Below are positions 24,395 through 37,500 of a stretch of DNA of 64,000 nucleotides, piece after piece. Position numbers and translations under genes: made by a program. Within the stretch, counting starts at the first letter, position 1; the number at the start of each line of letters is the position of its first letter. The stretch is from Phoronis australis (lineage: Eukaryota; Animalia; Phoronida), in the NCBI GenBank assembly GCA_002633005.1, contig NMRA01000160.1, positions 375,217-439,216 of the forward strand, read 5' to 3'. The notes beneath the pieces were generated by a model that ran no database searches, had not been told where the DNA came from, and saw only the letters and a list, made by a program, of their open reading frames with translations.

Positions 24395-25158
24395 ATTGAG
24401 AGTGCTTTCTCACATCAAAACACAAGTGAAATTGTTAGATATGAATTCTTATATTTTACTACGTCAATGTCTGAATACACTATAGAGTATCGAAGAGCAC
24501 ACAATAACTCACCAGTGGACTGTTGAAACGTCTATATTTTCGTAACATCTCACTCGAAAACATGGGCCTGAATTTACTCGCGGTAACTATACATCAAAAT
24601 GTAAGTGTAGAAACCAAAATGTAGAAAACTAACAAACACATACACTTGTACTCCATGCCCCAATTACCACCCTTTACAACCAGCACAAGTGAACCTGAAA
24701 GGCTTTCTAACGTTAACCCCCAATTTATTCAGTAGCATAGCACTGGTGTAGATATTCTAACGACATGTTCCTAATTTAGACGAGGACTTTCTATATTTCA
24801 AGCCGCATAACAGTGACGAGCAGGATACGAAATATCCTTCCGAGCTGATGAAAGGTTGAGTAGCAATCAAAAATCACCGTCATGGTTACGTACCAGGACA
24901 CGAAAGATAGCCAAAGGACGAGTATTTCTATTTACTAAGGTGATTGTCGACTTTTTATTGATTGTTTAGCAGCTCCAATGATCAGAAGAGCCTTAAATAA
25001 GTCATTTTCAACATTTATCTACAAGAATACTCCAATACGTAACTGTAATACAAAATATGAAGTAATTTTATGTCACAATGAAATGAAATGACATTTTATC
25101 ATTTACTAAGTTTCAACTCGTTATCTATGTAGGTTCAAAATATAATACGCAGAGACAT

Positions 25159-25544
25159 TTAGTACAAAGTATCAACCTCAACAGCCATTTCAGTCGAAGC
25201 ATCATTAGCCTCTCCTGTGACTTCTCGTAATCTATTCGTTAGTTCAGCAGGCTGAATTGTCACGTGACTTCGGTTATCGAATGCCTCGTTGAAATCCCCA
25301 ATAACAGACGAAGATGGTGATATTTGGTTGGAACTCTCGGCGTCGTCTTGATTGCTTCGTCGTCGCTTCGTGCGCCAGTACACAAAAAGTCCAGCAACAA
25401 AGACAACGAATAGAACGCTTACAATCGCAGCCCATACCGTTAAGCTGGTCACGGCATTGCTGAACGTGGCCGAATCGACAGCATCAATATTAGCAACAAT
25501 GTCATTGCCGTTGGGGTCATCCGCCACTAATGGCCCAGAAGCGG
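25159..25544 (-). CDS. last exon: stalk, transmembrane helix, cytoplasmic tail, stop
   Basis: Acceptor ctatttgcag. [23 protein letters not shown] followed by RTKRRR (stop-transfer), ending EVDTLY*. Confidence 0.85.
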
Positions 25545-28500
25545 CTGCAAATAGGAGGAAGTTCATGGGAGTTACAAAACATGACCAAACTCGATGAAAA
25601 GGAAGACTTTTGTGTTTCAGTATCCTATATTCTTTAACAACGTTACCTAGTATCTTCTCAGTCCATCGAAATGACGCAAGACTTCACCACGTTTTTCTAG
25701 CAGAACAACTGATCTTCCTAATCGAGGCTGATTCTGAAGGGATAAATTTCACTTCCACGCAATCTACTGTACGTTGACTGACACAGCATACGAACAATTA
25801 GGTCTGCGCTGCGTAGACCCAACGCGCAAAACTTCGCAAGATATCGCCATGCATGATAAGCGAAGCTTGTGATCAAACTCAAGCCCTATGCGTGAAATGC
25901 TTGTCTCTATTAAATGCTACTCAGGTCTAATGAAAACGATAACGACCAACTTAGGGTACGAACCTGATCCGCCTCCATTAAGGGTCAGACAGTGATATCC
26001 GCCATGATAGTTGAGGCATACTTTTGGTGCCGGACACGTTGATGCAATGAAGGCAGGATCATCGCATTCGTTCACGTCTGTAAATGTAAAATCACGCTTA
26101 CTGTTAAGAATAGTTGAGTTGAACACACAATCGTACCTTCCATGTTATTGTTTTAGTTGCTTTTAGAATGCGCTCACTGTCCATGCATTCAAAAGTTTCG
26201 CCATGGAGGCCACTATAAGTTGTCCTGATAAATTGTAAACTCGTAAAACACACACGCACGCACACGCACACAAGTGAGCCAAGTTGATACCCAACCAATC
26301 ACTTCTGATTCATGTTTCGTCATAAAAATGACGTCAAGTAAGTCAGCAACGAAGGCAGTACATGGGCGGCGCACCACAGGGGGGCTGGGGAGCTATAGCC
26401 CCCACTTTTGCGGTGCTGCGCCGCCCATGTAGTAGGCCTACTTCTCAATGAGGTCACCTCAGCCATAAAATTTTCCGTAGCATTTTAACTTGATCTCCTC
26501 TATAACATGCACGCACCCAGCCTCCAATATGGGAGGCTCGAATTCCTGACGTTGTGGACCTTTTGGTAACAAAAAAGCGGGTGGACTAAAAAAAATACAG
26601 GGGCGCCACTGTGAATTGCGCGTTTCTGCTTATTTAGTGGACTTTTGTCTCATTTCCTCGGACTTTTTCTCGGAGGCGGACCTTTTTGCCCACTTCGCCA
26701 AATAAGAAGGCTCCTTCGAGCCCCCCGAGCCCCCCCCCCTGGGTGTGCGCATGTATGACACACTCCTTGTACAGTAGTTTTCAAAATAAACTGAGCAAAC
26801 TTCGATAGAACTTGCCGAACTTGCACAAATATCGTGCCAGGAATATTTACCAGTTTAGACGAACTTTAGTCGCAACAGGAAGAGTTTTTGTCGAACTTGC
26901 GTCGTCGGAGTTTAAAGTGACTTTACTTAGCCCCGAATTATCCAGTAGTGAAAGGACTTGTTCAGTAGCTTGTTAAGATTTCGAAAACGTGCATGAAGTA
27001 AGATGTGTCAGGATTTTCGTCAAGATTTAGCCAGAATTGGAGCCGGTCTCTAATTAAAAACAATGAATAATTTGTCGCTGTTTTGAGCGGCAAAACCTTA
27101 TCGTTGACGTAGTCCGGTTTATTTTGACACTATAATCCACACTGCGCTCGTGAGTGATAGTTGATAGTAAATTCGTGGCACTGGCGCAAGTCTTACCTCG
27201 CAGGTTGTAAATTTGTTTTCATGTTGTACTTTTAGAGCACCAAGAGTAGTTCAACATTGACTGTGTACAGAATAATAACAAAATAACAAGCACGTGGAGA
27301 TTTTTGTGAATGCTGACAGAAAAATGAAATTGTTTTAGATTACTGAAGCCTACTGCTAATGGCGGCGAGAAATGAGGCAAAACGAATGGTGTCGAGCCAC
27401 TACTGTCTATGCAACAACGAATCACGCTCTTGATATTGTTTCTAGACCCAACAGAGGATAAATAAAACATAACTAAAATGATGTTTAAAATTTGAATACT
27501 CTTTCAATCGTTACCATTTGCTACCACTTTCACCTATAAAACTCTCCCGATCTGAACTACTCTCCCTCGGAGGTTGAGAAACGCTTTGTATGACCGACTT
27601 AGTGTCATCACTTGCGCATTTAGACAGAAATATATGTGCATTCAAACAGCACTGAAATTGCTTTTTCGTCATCTTGGGGTCAATACTATCCCGCCCCACG
27701 AGGCCAGTTCCCCACGTTGCTACTTGAAAGTCTCCCATAAGAAACGCCTTTTCGAAACACCCGGCATAGAGTACCACAGGCCTTACCAACACACGAATGT
27801 TTGTCAGAAGCAAGGGTAAATCCATCGAAGCAGGAGCAGCCGTATGACTGCGTCGTTTCTACACATGTGTGCATGCAGCCGCCGTTGTCGATCGCACATT
27901 GGTTCTTTGCTGGAAAATAAAGATTGACCGGAGTCGTGTAATTCGCAACCATTACAACCATCCTCGTTCCAACTTGATGTTTGAATACCCTGGTGATTTA
28001 AACAAGTTGAACTATGGGTGCGACCATCAAATTTTAATCGGAAATTGACCAATCGCACAGCGTGAAATCGGAAATTGACCAATCGCACAGCGTGAAATCG
28101 GAAAAGCTATGTACTGGAAACGTGCCACGTAGTTCCTCAATTTGCGAGATGAGTCTCCAATAAAATTTGTTGGTTGGAAGTGAATCAGCGAAAATTTGGG
28201 ATGGACTGGCTAACCCTCAGATTTACTTAAGTTTTTTTGATTTGTAAATGGCAGTGAAGTTCTTCACGGTGACGGCCCGAAATGAAGTACAAAGCAACAA
28301 TGGGAATGATTTTGTTGGGCCACTTCGAAATTCTTACATATGACAACTGGCTGAATGAAATAAAATAAAGTGGCATCCATTTTGCTTATACGGGACGAAC
28401 TTACACTAGGATGCAAACGATTCCCATGTGATGTATAGGGAATCGAACAACAAGATTGCTAATTCACCAACATTAGGGTCAACAGTCCTTGGTTTAAAAT

Positions 28501-31500
28501 TCACGTTAACACAGGATTCCATGTCAAGGAAATTACAAAACATGGTTCCTGCATGGTAAATATCAATAATCAGAATAAAAATACAAATCATAATGTTTCC
28601 TGTATTACTGTAATTTCAATCGTTTAGTTATTACTCACCTTTGCATTTAGTTCCATTCACCGGAAGCCAGTTGCCATTAATTGCACAGTCACAGTAGGTG
28701 TAACCAAGATAGTCGTTGAAGCATTTGAGATTTGACGCTACAAAAACGTGCATAAAGTAAAATGAGCTGTAACTAAAAGATCTACATCACCACACTGACT
28801 AACTTATTTAAAATGATATCTCAGCAAGATGAGGGATTTCGATTGTCGATTTGAAAGGTTTGTGTATAAGAACGGAACAAAATGAACTGTTAATTACATC
28901 AGTTTTTGATCATAATAAGATCAAAAAACGGACATGTAATCTGATTGGTATGTCGACACTTGATGTCTTATTGTATATAGCCTGATGATGTCTAATGAAT
29001 AGACGAAACGTCGAATCAGTATGAACTTTTTCATTTGTGCGGCGATTGTCCGTTCTTTGAAAATGAATTGTGAAAGTGATCTAGGGTGGCATCATTTTCA
29101 GTCAAGTGGAGTTTGAATAGGCGGCGTGATTCGAACCCTGTGTTACGAGCAAGCATTTCAAAATAGGATCATCACTTGATAGGCAATATGACACCTACCC
29201 AAGCAATAGGATCCAGTCTCTTTCACTGGCCACGTGTTTCCGTTAACGGTGCAGGTACAGTAAGCACCAGAATCCTCCGAGTCGCATTGCAGTGAACCTG
29301 GAACGGGAAACATGAACAAAACGCGTCTATTTGACCGGTAGCTTGTGTATGACTTGCAATAATTTTTACGAGCATGTGCATGCTTTCGCTTGAAATCGCA
29401 ACATTCACAAAAGTGCAACCAAAGTTCAACTGCAATCGATTAGTTTGCACATTGCAATCATCCAGAAAAAGGCAAACGTTGGTAATGTTTCACTGTACGT
29501 CTCCTCTGTCAAATCCCATTTAAACCACCTAACTACCTTACGGACAAATGGTGATTCAGTGGTTACAGCCAATTGTTTACTGAATGGTGCTAATCAATCG
29601 ACGAAGAACATAAGGTTACGTGGCAGCATTGACGTGCTCCGTTTGTAATCTCGTCAGCCTCTAGTGATCTCAGTCAACTAAAAACCTTAATTTTCACTTA
29701 CTTTGACACTGTGATGCATCCACCTCAAATGCCCATAAAGTGAGTTTAGGATTTAGCTCGAAAAACTCGGGACACGCGCAATAGTAACCGCCGTTTGTGT
29801 TGACGCATTCTTTTTCACAGCCGCCATTGCCAGTGGCGCATTCGTCAATATCTGGAACAAGAGACAATGTAAAATTTCCAGACTTACTGGAAAACTGTCG
29901 CAGAAGACGGGCCCAGGGCTGAGCGCACCACCTACGTGTATTTGAAAGTCAACGAGCGAGCCTTTCGAGTAATCACGAAATGCCCGTATGTTGCATTCAA
30001 ATGCATGTACATACAGGCGAATACTTAGGTCAGGGAACAGTGGGCAGTTGCTTAAAAAACAGTGCTCAAAATGAACTCCACCACGTTCCTGAAAACTTCT
30101 ATGTTATATGTTTCAGACACTTTACGCTTAATGAGCCTCTCTTTCAACTGACAAATTGAAAGTATTTGTCTGAAAACTTGAGTCCTTGTTTTAATGAAAA
30201 TACAGGACGAGCACCTAAATAGGTGCTTTGCAGTTCATGCTTTCTTTACACTGGTGCAAGAACTAAGCCCAACGACTCACCGTAACAGTCTCTCTGGTCT
30301 AAATGCAGTCTGTAACCTGTGTTACACACGCAGTAGTAACTTCCCTCAGTGTTGATGCAGATGTTGTCACATCCACCGTTATTAACGAGACATTCGTTGG
30401 AATCTGAAATTCAACGGTCAGTCAAGTTGCAGTGAGCACCAGGCCAAATGACCAACATCGATAGCAGAATTACACGACTTATCATCAAAGTAAGGTGCAA
30501 CTGGATATTGCAGTATTGATAGACACTTGAGAAGTGAAGGTACACTCCACAAGAGGTTTGTAGGTTTCTGTGTATTGGCAGACAGAGAGACTGACGTCAA
30601 CAAACAGACCTGATAAAAGTGTAACCAGAGGACCGGACTAAGCAAGTTAGATATCTGCAATTAAAATTCACATCTGCCACGTTTCATTAAGAACCCTTGA
30701 CGTATGTAAAATATTTAGACGTTAATTAAATCAGTTTTTGGCCACAGTAAGATTAAAAAGTGATCCTGATGATGTCTAATGAAAAGAAGAAACGTTGAAT
30801 TGAACATGAACTTTTTTATTTGTGCGGCGATCGTCCGGTTTTTATTATTTAGACGATATCTTGTATTGCAAAATTGCCTCTACGTGGCACAGCAGTAGTC
30901 ATATACATCCGAATAATGAAATCGCGTAAAGATAACGTGAAAAATGAACCATTTAGAAGTTGCTACTGTCAGAAAATATTGGTTTCCCAAATGTGAGTTA
31001 TCGGCACAGATGCACGGAAATTTTGATCAAAATGCTATCAAAATTACCGTAACAAGAGCAGTGGTGAGCTTAAATCCAGAAGAACACCATGAGAGGACGT
31101 TCACCAACACCACGCCATAATACAATCCGTCTCAAGACAGCCGTATACAAGCGAAAGAAACGTTGACACCGCAAAGCATGCTAGGTAAAAAAGACTAATT
31201 CATTTGGTAATGCCTATTTCTATCATAAATAGGACCGTCCCGGGTTACACAGCGACACTTGAATCTCGCTGTATTTACCCACAATGCCGCAATATCCGTC
31301 GAGCACTTATAAAGTCTTGGCGTTTTCGCGCCATTGGAGTTACACGTGTTCTTTGTTGTTGGTTGTTCTCGGCTTCATTACTTAATCTGTCGGTCTGGTA
31401 TGCCAATAAAGCACTACTGCTGCACTGTGGGCTCCAACTCTGGCTGGAGGAAGTTGGATAAATTTGACAGATATCTGTGGACAAGTTCGCCACCTTCCAG

Positions 31501-34500
31501 ATATCAACCAAAGAGAAGAAAATTCTGAGATAGTGGAGAAGGCACTGTTCGTCGGGTTAAAATTGAACCAAAGCGAATCGAATTTCTTGAAGATATCGTC
31601 CAATTCCGGCTCTTTCAGACGGTTGGCATCAGAATATTTTCACGGCCATACACTTCGATGGTTTTCGACATGACCTGTGAAAATGTGCCTCACTTTTCAA
31701 AACTAGGTCAATGAGAACATCGACCTTTCTTACCTCTGGGACAAGGGAATCCTTCTATTGCCTTGTAATCCAAGACGGCTTTATTGTAATGTATACGGAA
31801 TTCACAGGATGCTTGTAATCATAAAATCTTAGGGATTTTTGGAAATATTCTGTTCAGGACACTACCACAACGATAGCGCTGCGTGACCATGCCAAACTCG
31901 CAAGAAACTAGCCGTAAGGCGAAATAAGCCTCCATGTCTCTTTAGAGTAATTTTCATAAGGGAACCTACCCTGGCACTGAGTTCCATTCAGTGGAATGAC
32001 CTTGCCGTTTTCTTTACAAGAACATAACTCTCCATACATGCTTTTAAACTCTTCGGTGCATACTGTTGAGTTCTCTAAAACGAATCGAAATAACATAAGT
32101 GAATGAGTTCACCACAAGTGTCAATGTTATTTTTTACCAAGTGGCATATATCTCTTAACTTTTTAGAACATTCCTCTCCTACACTATATATGACATAAAG
32201 GCTATGCAAGTGTCTTCTATTCATTGCGAATGTAATATGCTGCTAGTCCCGTGGTGCCACTGCCTGACGATAGCCACAGTGTTGCCTGACCTTCGACTGG
32301 GATAATTCGTTGATTGCAATATTTGACCAAAGAATAACCCCATTCGAAGAATTCACGAGCAATGAGTTGATGGAGCACCAATTAAGTCAACTTGAAATTG
32401 TTACTTCAATCTGGAATAAATCATGTTTTTGGCAGTGAAACTTTCCGTTTGGACAATCTATGGACTGTATTCAATCGATGGTTCTGCGATACGCAATTAT
32501 GAACGTCAACTCACCGTTTTAATACAGAGCTACGCAAAGTGTTGATGTGTGCCCGTCGTGTACATCGCACGCAGCGCAGATAAAAAAGGTGCACGTGATC
32601 GTTATTTTAAGCACTCCCACTAAACTGCAATGCCAGTATACTTAATAGTACTCTAGGGGATGCAAAGCAAGTCATTGCACTATGTTGTGACCATCAATGA
32701 ATTTGATTGCTACATGTTTTCAACTAGTTGTGCTCAACATCTTGAAACGTGTTTTCTGTTAATATTTCTGTGAATTCAATCAAAACGCTGTAATGAACAG
32801 CTATGCTCGTACAGGTTGATTATTTCTGTTTTCATCCACTCACCATCGCAAGTAACGTTTCCCGCACCACCTGACAATTCACTTCCTGCGCCACAAGCAC
32901 AATAATATCCGCCTATCGTGTTGATGCATATATCCTGACAGCCACCGTTATTTGTCAAACACTCATTGACGTCTGCAAAAGAATGTGAGAGCATAATGCA
33001 GTGAATACATTTGCCATTATGATATTACTATGTGAACAGCCGATGCAGAAAACAGGGCAACCAGGTAGCAATTGTTCGTCTTTAATCTTATTCCAAAAAT
33101 AGTAATTTGAGCGGGCAAGAGCATTTGACACGGCAATCCGTAGCGTTATGAGAGTAAAAACGATTTCTGCTCGTTCCACTTTCAATTTCTGGTGAGCTAG
33201 ACGGAATGAGTTAACGAAGACGATTCGCAATTTATGTCTAACAAAAATGTGTGGCGTTAGGTCTGAATCATTTGAGTACGTACCCCAAAGGGCAACCGAG
33301 GTGATTGTATGACGTGATGCAGAGGCGAGTCCAGGAATTTAAGTTGAGGGGTAATTAATGGTCAGACAGCCATGTTAAACCACCCACACCTTGGTGAAAA
33401 CTCAGAGACTTGAGAGATTAGATGTAACACTCGTGTGGCTTTGTCATGGTAGTCGCGCTCGAGATGTCAGTGGAAGTACTTTTGGTTGAATTAGTGACAA
33501 GAATTGATCAGAATTCTGATACTCTCTGGAATATCGACCACGAAACAGGTGAGTACGCACACGAAAAAAACTTGTGAATCAAATTAACTAACCTGTAGCT
33601 TAATCAGAGCTCTGAATAAATTAGGGATCCCAACTTGAAGCTGGAGGTACAATTTTAAAGTTGGGGTGGGCTCTGTTAAAGTTCGGAAAGTTTGGCGCCC
33701 ATCAGCCTGACAGGCCAAGACCGTGGGATTAAGGCAATCAGACGGCCTAGCAGAGAAGGGAACGGTTGGAAAATTGTGAACCAGTATAGCACAAATATCG
33801 AACGGGTATAGTCTAAGGATAAAATCGAACATGCAAATAACATAGAGTGCTCAAACTGTAAGGCACTTAATTACCGTCCAGTGTATCACGCGTTGTGCAA
33901 GTATCACACTTCAACTGCTTCCGGTGCTTCGTCAAACATGACGCAGTTGAACTACTTTGCGATCTTACCGGAGACAAACAATAGTCAGTTGGTTGCTTGT
34001 CACAGCGACGGCTGAGGTGGAACTGCATGTACTCACGATCCAGTCATATTTTCAAACCCATGACTTCATGAGTACCGTTTTGGCACTTTCAGGAAGGACC
34101 CAGTGTCGGGTGTCTGAATTTTTGGGATTCAGGCGGGCTCCCAAGTTCATTTCAATTTTCAAATCCACTCGAGGTTCGGAATGACAGTGCTTCTGCTGGT
34201 GTCTGGATGGACGACGGAAATTTTTTGAAGTATCGGATGATGTTTTTAGTTTGGGAACCCAGAGAGAAACACGAGGGCTTATATTAAGTTTCCAGAACAA
34301 CCTAAGAATGCATGGTGTACACTATTAGTATATTCTAAAAGCAAGAAATTGTCTCCAATGGATAGGCACGGGTCTGTTGCCGAATAGACATCGGCAGTAG
34401 TTCAGAGCCGCGGCATAAGCATGGATGCTGATAGACTGAAATTTTATTTCAGCACTGACGAAACTCCTGCTTAAAACCCGACGGATTTAGAAAAGCAGTA

Positions 34501-37500
34501 CGATGTCCCATTTGGACCCCTCTAAAGACGTTACTGTTGATGGGAGGATTTTAGTGAAAACGCTGTGAATCACCTCTACGCTGAATCTACCAGTCGCAAA
34601 CAAGCCCCACATATGCAGGCGCGGTGTAAATCTTCGCCCAGATCACATGTGAGCTGCGGGTGGTACTAATACAAAGTAGAACTAACGACAGATCAAAATC
34701 CAGTATGTTGCCGGTAAATCGGAAAATGGTTATTATCTAACTCTTCTTGATTCTTTAAGATGACTTACCGGAGTTCCCGGGAATACCCGGCAGGCCGCGT
34801 TCACCTGAAAAGGTAAATACAGAATGTGGTGAGTCATCGTAAATTATTGCCGCAACAATTTTGCCTAAGGTTACCAAAATATCAGCTTGAACAGCTCTGA
34901 ATCAAAATTGATTTTTTTTTCTCGAAAAGCGTGTCGTCTATATTAAATGCAGGCATGTGAACTCTGGATGCAACGACGGTATCCAGTGACACTCTGCTTA
35001 AAATAAAATTGGGGTGTTCAACTTGAAGAAGCTATTTGATATGCAAATTTTTAATGAAAAATATATAAACGTTATTTTTTATTCAGACCCCATTTTTGTA
35101 ATAAGTACAACACCATGTTGTTATGCTCGTACGGCGATTGGTTTTTGCAAACATAGTCAGTGTATCCAAGAAAAGAAGTCTTACCTTGAATGCCTTGTGG
35201 CCCTTGGTTTCCTTGTGAACCAGGTAAACCCTGCTGGCCGCGTGCACCGGACAATCCAGGAGCACCGGTGGCTCCCACACTTCCTGGCGCACCAGTTGCC
35301 CCAACAGCTCCAGGCATTCCTTCAGGTCCAACGGGTCCAGCAGCACCACTGGATCCGGGAGCACCCGTGGCTCCAACAGCACCTGGGGGTCCCGCTGAAC
35401 CTTGTGCGCCCGTGGCTCCTACAGCTCCGGAAACACCAATCGATCCTTTAGCTCCAACTTCACCTTTGGCACCTTGACTACCCCTCTGACCCTGAGCTCC
35501 AGGTAAACCAGTGGCTCCGACTGCTCCTGACACCCCAGGAACACCATTCGTCCCCGCAGGTCCCCGTGCTCCTGATGAACCTTTTGCACCAATACTACCC
35601 TTTGCACCAGGAGATCCAGTGGCCCCAACTAGTCCAGGCTCACCCTTTTGGCCATTTGTTCCGTCAGCACCCCTTGATCCTGGAAGGCCAGTTGCGCCTC
35701 TTACCCCAGATGATCCTTTTACACCAGCTTCTCCCTTAGAACCTGGTGCACCAGTTGCTCCAACAGCACCTGATACTCCAGGAGCTCCAGTAGCACCAAC
35801 CGCTCCTGCGGCACCTCTTGCACCTGATAAACCAGTAGCTCCAACCTGGCCAGGGGCACCAGTTGCACCGACGGCACCTTTTGATCCAGCCAAGCCTTTC
35901 AAACCTTGATCACCTTTCTGTCCAGGTGAACCTGTAGCCCCTACAGGTCCATTATTACCAGGATTTCCACTAGGACCTCTTGCACCAGATTCACCTTTGG
36001 CACCTTTGGCTCCAGAATTTCCTACCGCACCCTGCGAACCTGTGGCACCTACAACACCAGGCAAGCCACGTTGGCCTTGTGCGCCGACTTCACCCTTAGC
36101 ACCAGGTGCGCCAGTCGCACCAACCTGTCCCTTTGGTCCCTGCGATCCAGGTAACCCTGTTGCTCCAATAGCTCCAGAAACACCACGATCTCCTTGAGAA
36201 CCTTTTGCACCGGACTGTCCGATTGAACCAGGTAAGCCAGTGGCCCCCACAACTCCTGGATTTCCTTTTGCCCCAGGAAGGCCAGTTGGTCCAACTGCCC
36301 CAACTGCTCCAGATGCTCCCTTTGCACCAGCTATTCCTTGCAATCCCCTGTCACCCTTCGGACCTTGCGCACCTGCTCCACCAGGTAAACCAGTTGCACC
36401 GACGGCACCGGAAACACCAGGAACGCCACGTTCACCAGTGGCACCTTTAGGGCCTGGTTGTCCCACATTACCTTGAGCCCCTGAAACACCACGTACACCA
36501 GGCTCACCCTTGGAGCCTGCGAGACCAGTTGCTCCCACTGCTCCGCTGATGCCTTGTATTCCAGAATTTCCTTTGGATCCTGGGAGACCGGTTGCCCCTA
36601 CAGATCCAGCTACACCAGGCGACCCCTTGGAGCCTTTAGAACCAGGTAATCCTGTTGATCCTACTGCGCCTGGTTGTCCAGTATTTCCTTTAGGACCCAC
36701 AGCACCGCTTACACCAGAGGCACCCTTGGAACCAGGTGAACCTGTCGCCCCCTGCAAACCAGTCGCGCCAACTGGACCTCGCACTCCAGACGAACCTTTG
36801 CTTCCAACAGATCCTTTTGAACCCTGAATACCGGGTAATCCTCTTGCTCCGACATCGCCTTTATCACCTCTAGAACCTTTCGCACCGGCTACACCAGCCA
36901 CACCAGACACTCCAGGTGCACCTTTGGAACCCTTGATACCTTGTAGTCCAGTTGATCCTACTGCACCAGAGACCCCGCGGTTACCAGGGGCACCAGTGGC
37001 ACCAACTTCACCCCGTTGACCTGGTAAACCACGTAAACCAGTATCCCCCTTTGACCCCTTGTTTCCGGTGTTCCCTTGTACTCCTGAGTCTCCTTTAGCA
37101 CCCTTTGCCCCATTTATTCCTGGTAAACCAGTGGCACCAATTGCCCCTGACGGCCCTTGCACACCTGGTAGTCCGGTTGCGCCGGCTGCTCCTTGTGCTC
37201 CAGTAGCACCGACTCGTCCTTGAGAGCCTTGTGCTCCTGTAGCCCCGACTGGACCAGATACTCCAGGAGCACCAGTTGATCCTTGTTCGCCCTTGCTGCC
37301 AACCGAGCCTTTACTGCCAGGTAGGCCTGTAGCTCCCTGTGGGCCGCTGCCTCCTTGAAGTCCTGTTTCACCTTTCTGTCCAGTATTCCCTTTAGCACCA
37401 GCAACTCCTTGAGAACCTTTAGGTCCAGAGACTCCTTGCGAACCTTTACTACCCTTTGATCCTTGGTTACCTTTCGGTCCGGATGGTCCCTGTGTACCTG

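Noticed and set aside
24845-24882. Hammerhead-like CTGATGA...GGTTG/CAATC downstream of the stop codon
   Set aside because: GAAA core is replaced by AAAA and there are no stems I/III. At best a dead relic.
33870-34300. Possible exon between the collagen and EGF exons
   Set aside because: The phase-1 reading from the acceptor at 34301 stops within 7 codons, and no domain motif is present.
35072-35184. C-terminal tail [15 protein letters not shown]... of the 2030-aa ORF
   Set aside because: Lies beyond a strong donor (CAAG|gtaaga) and Gly-X-Y continues in the 36-bp exon at 34804, so it is treated as intron read-through. A secreted short isoform cannot be excluded.
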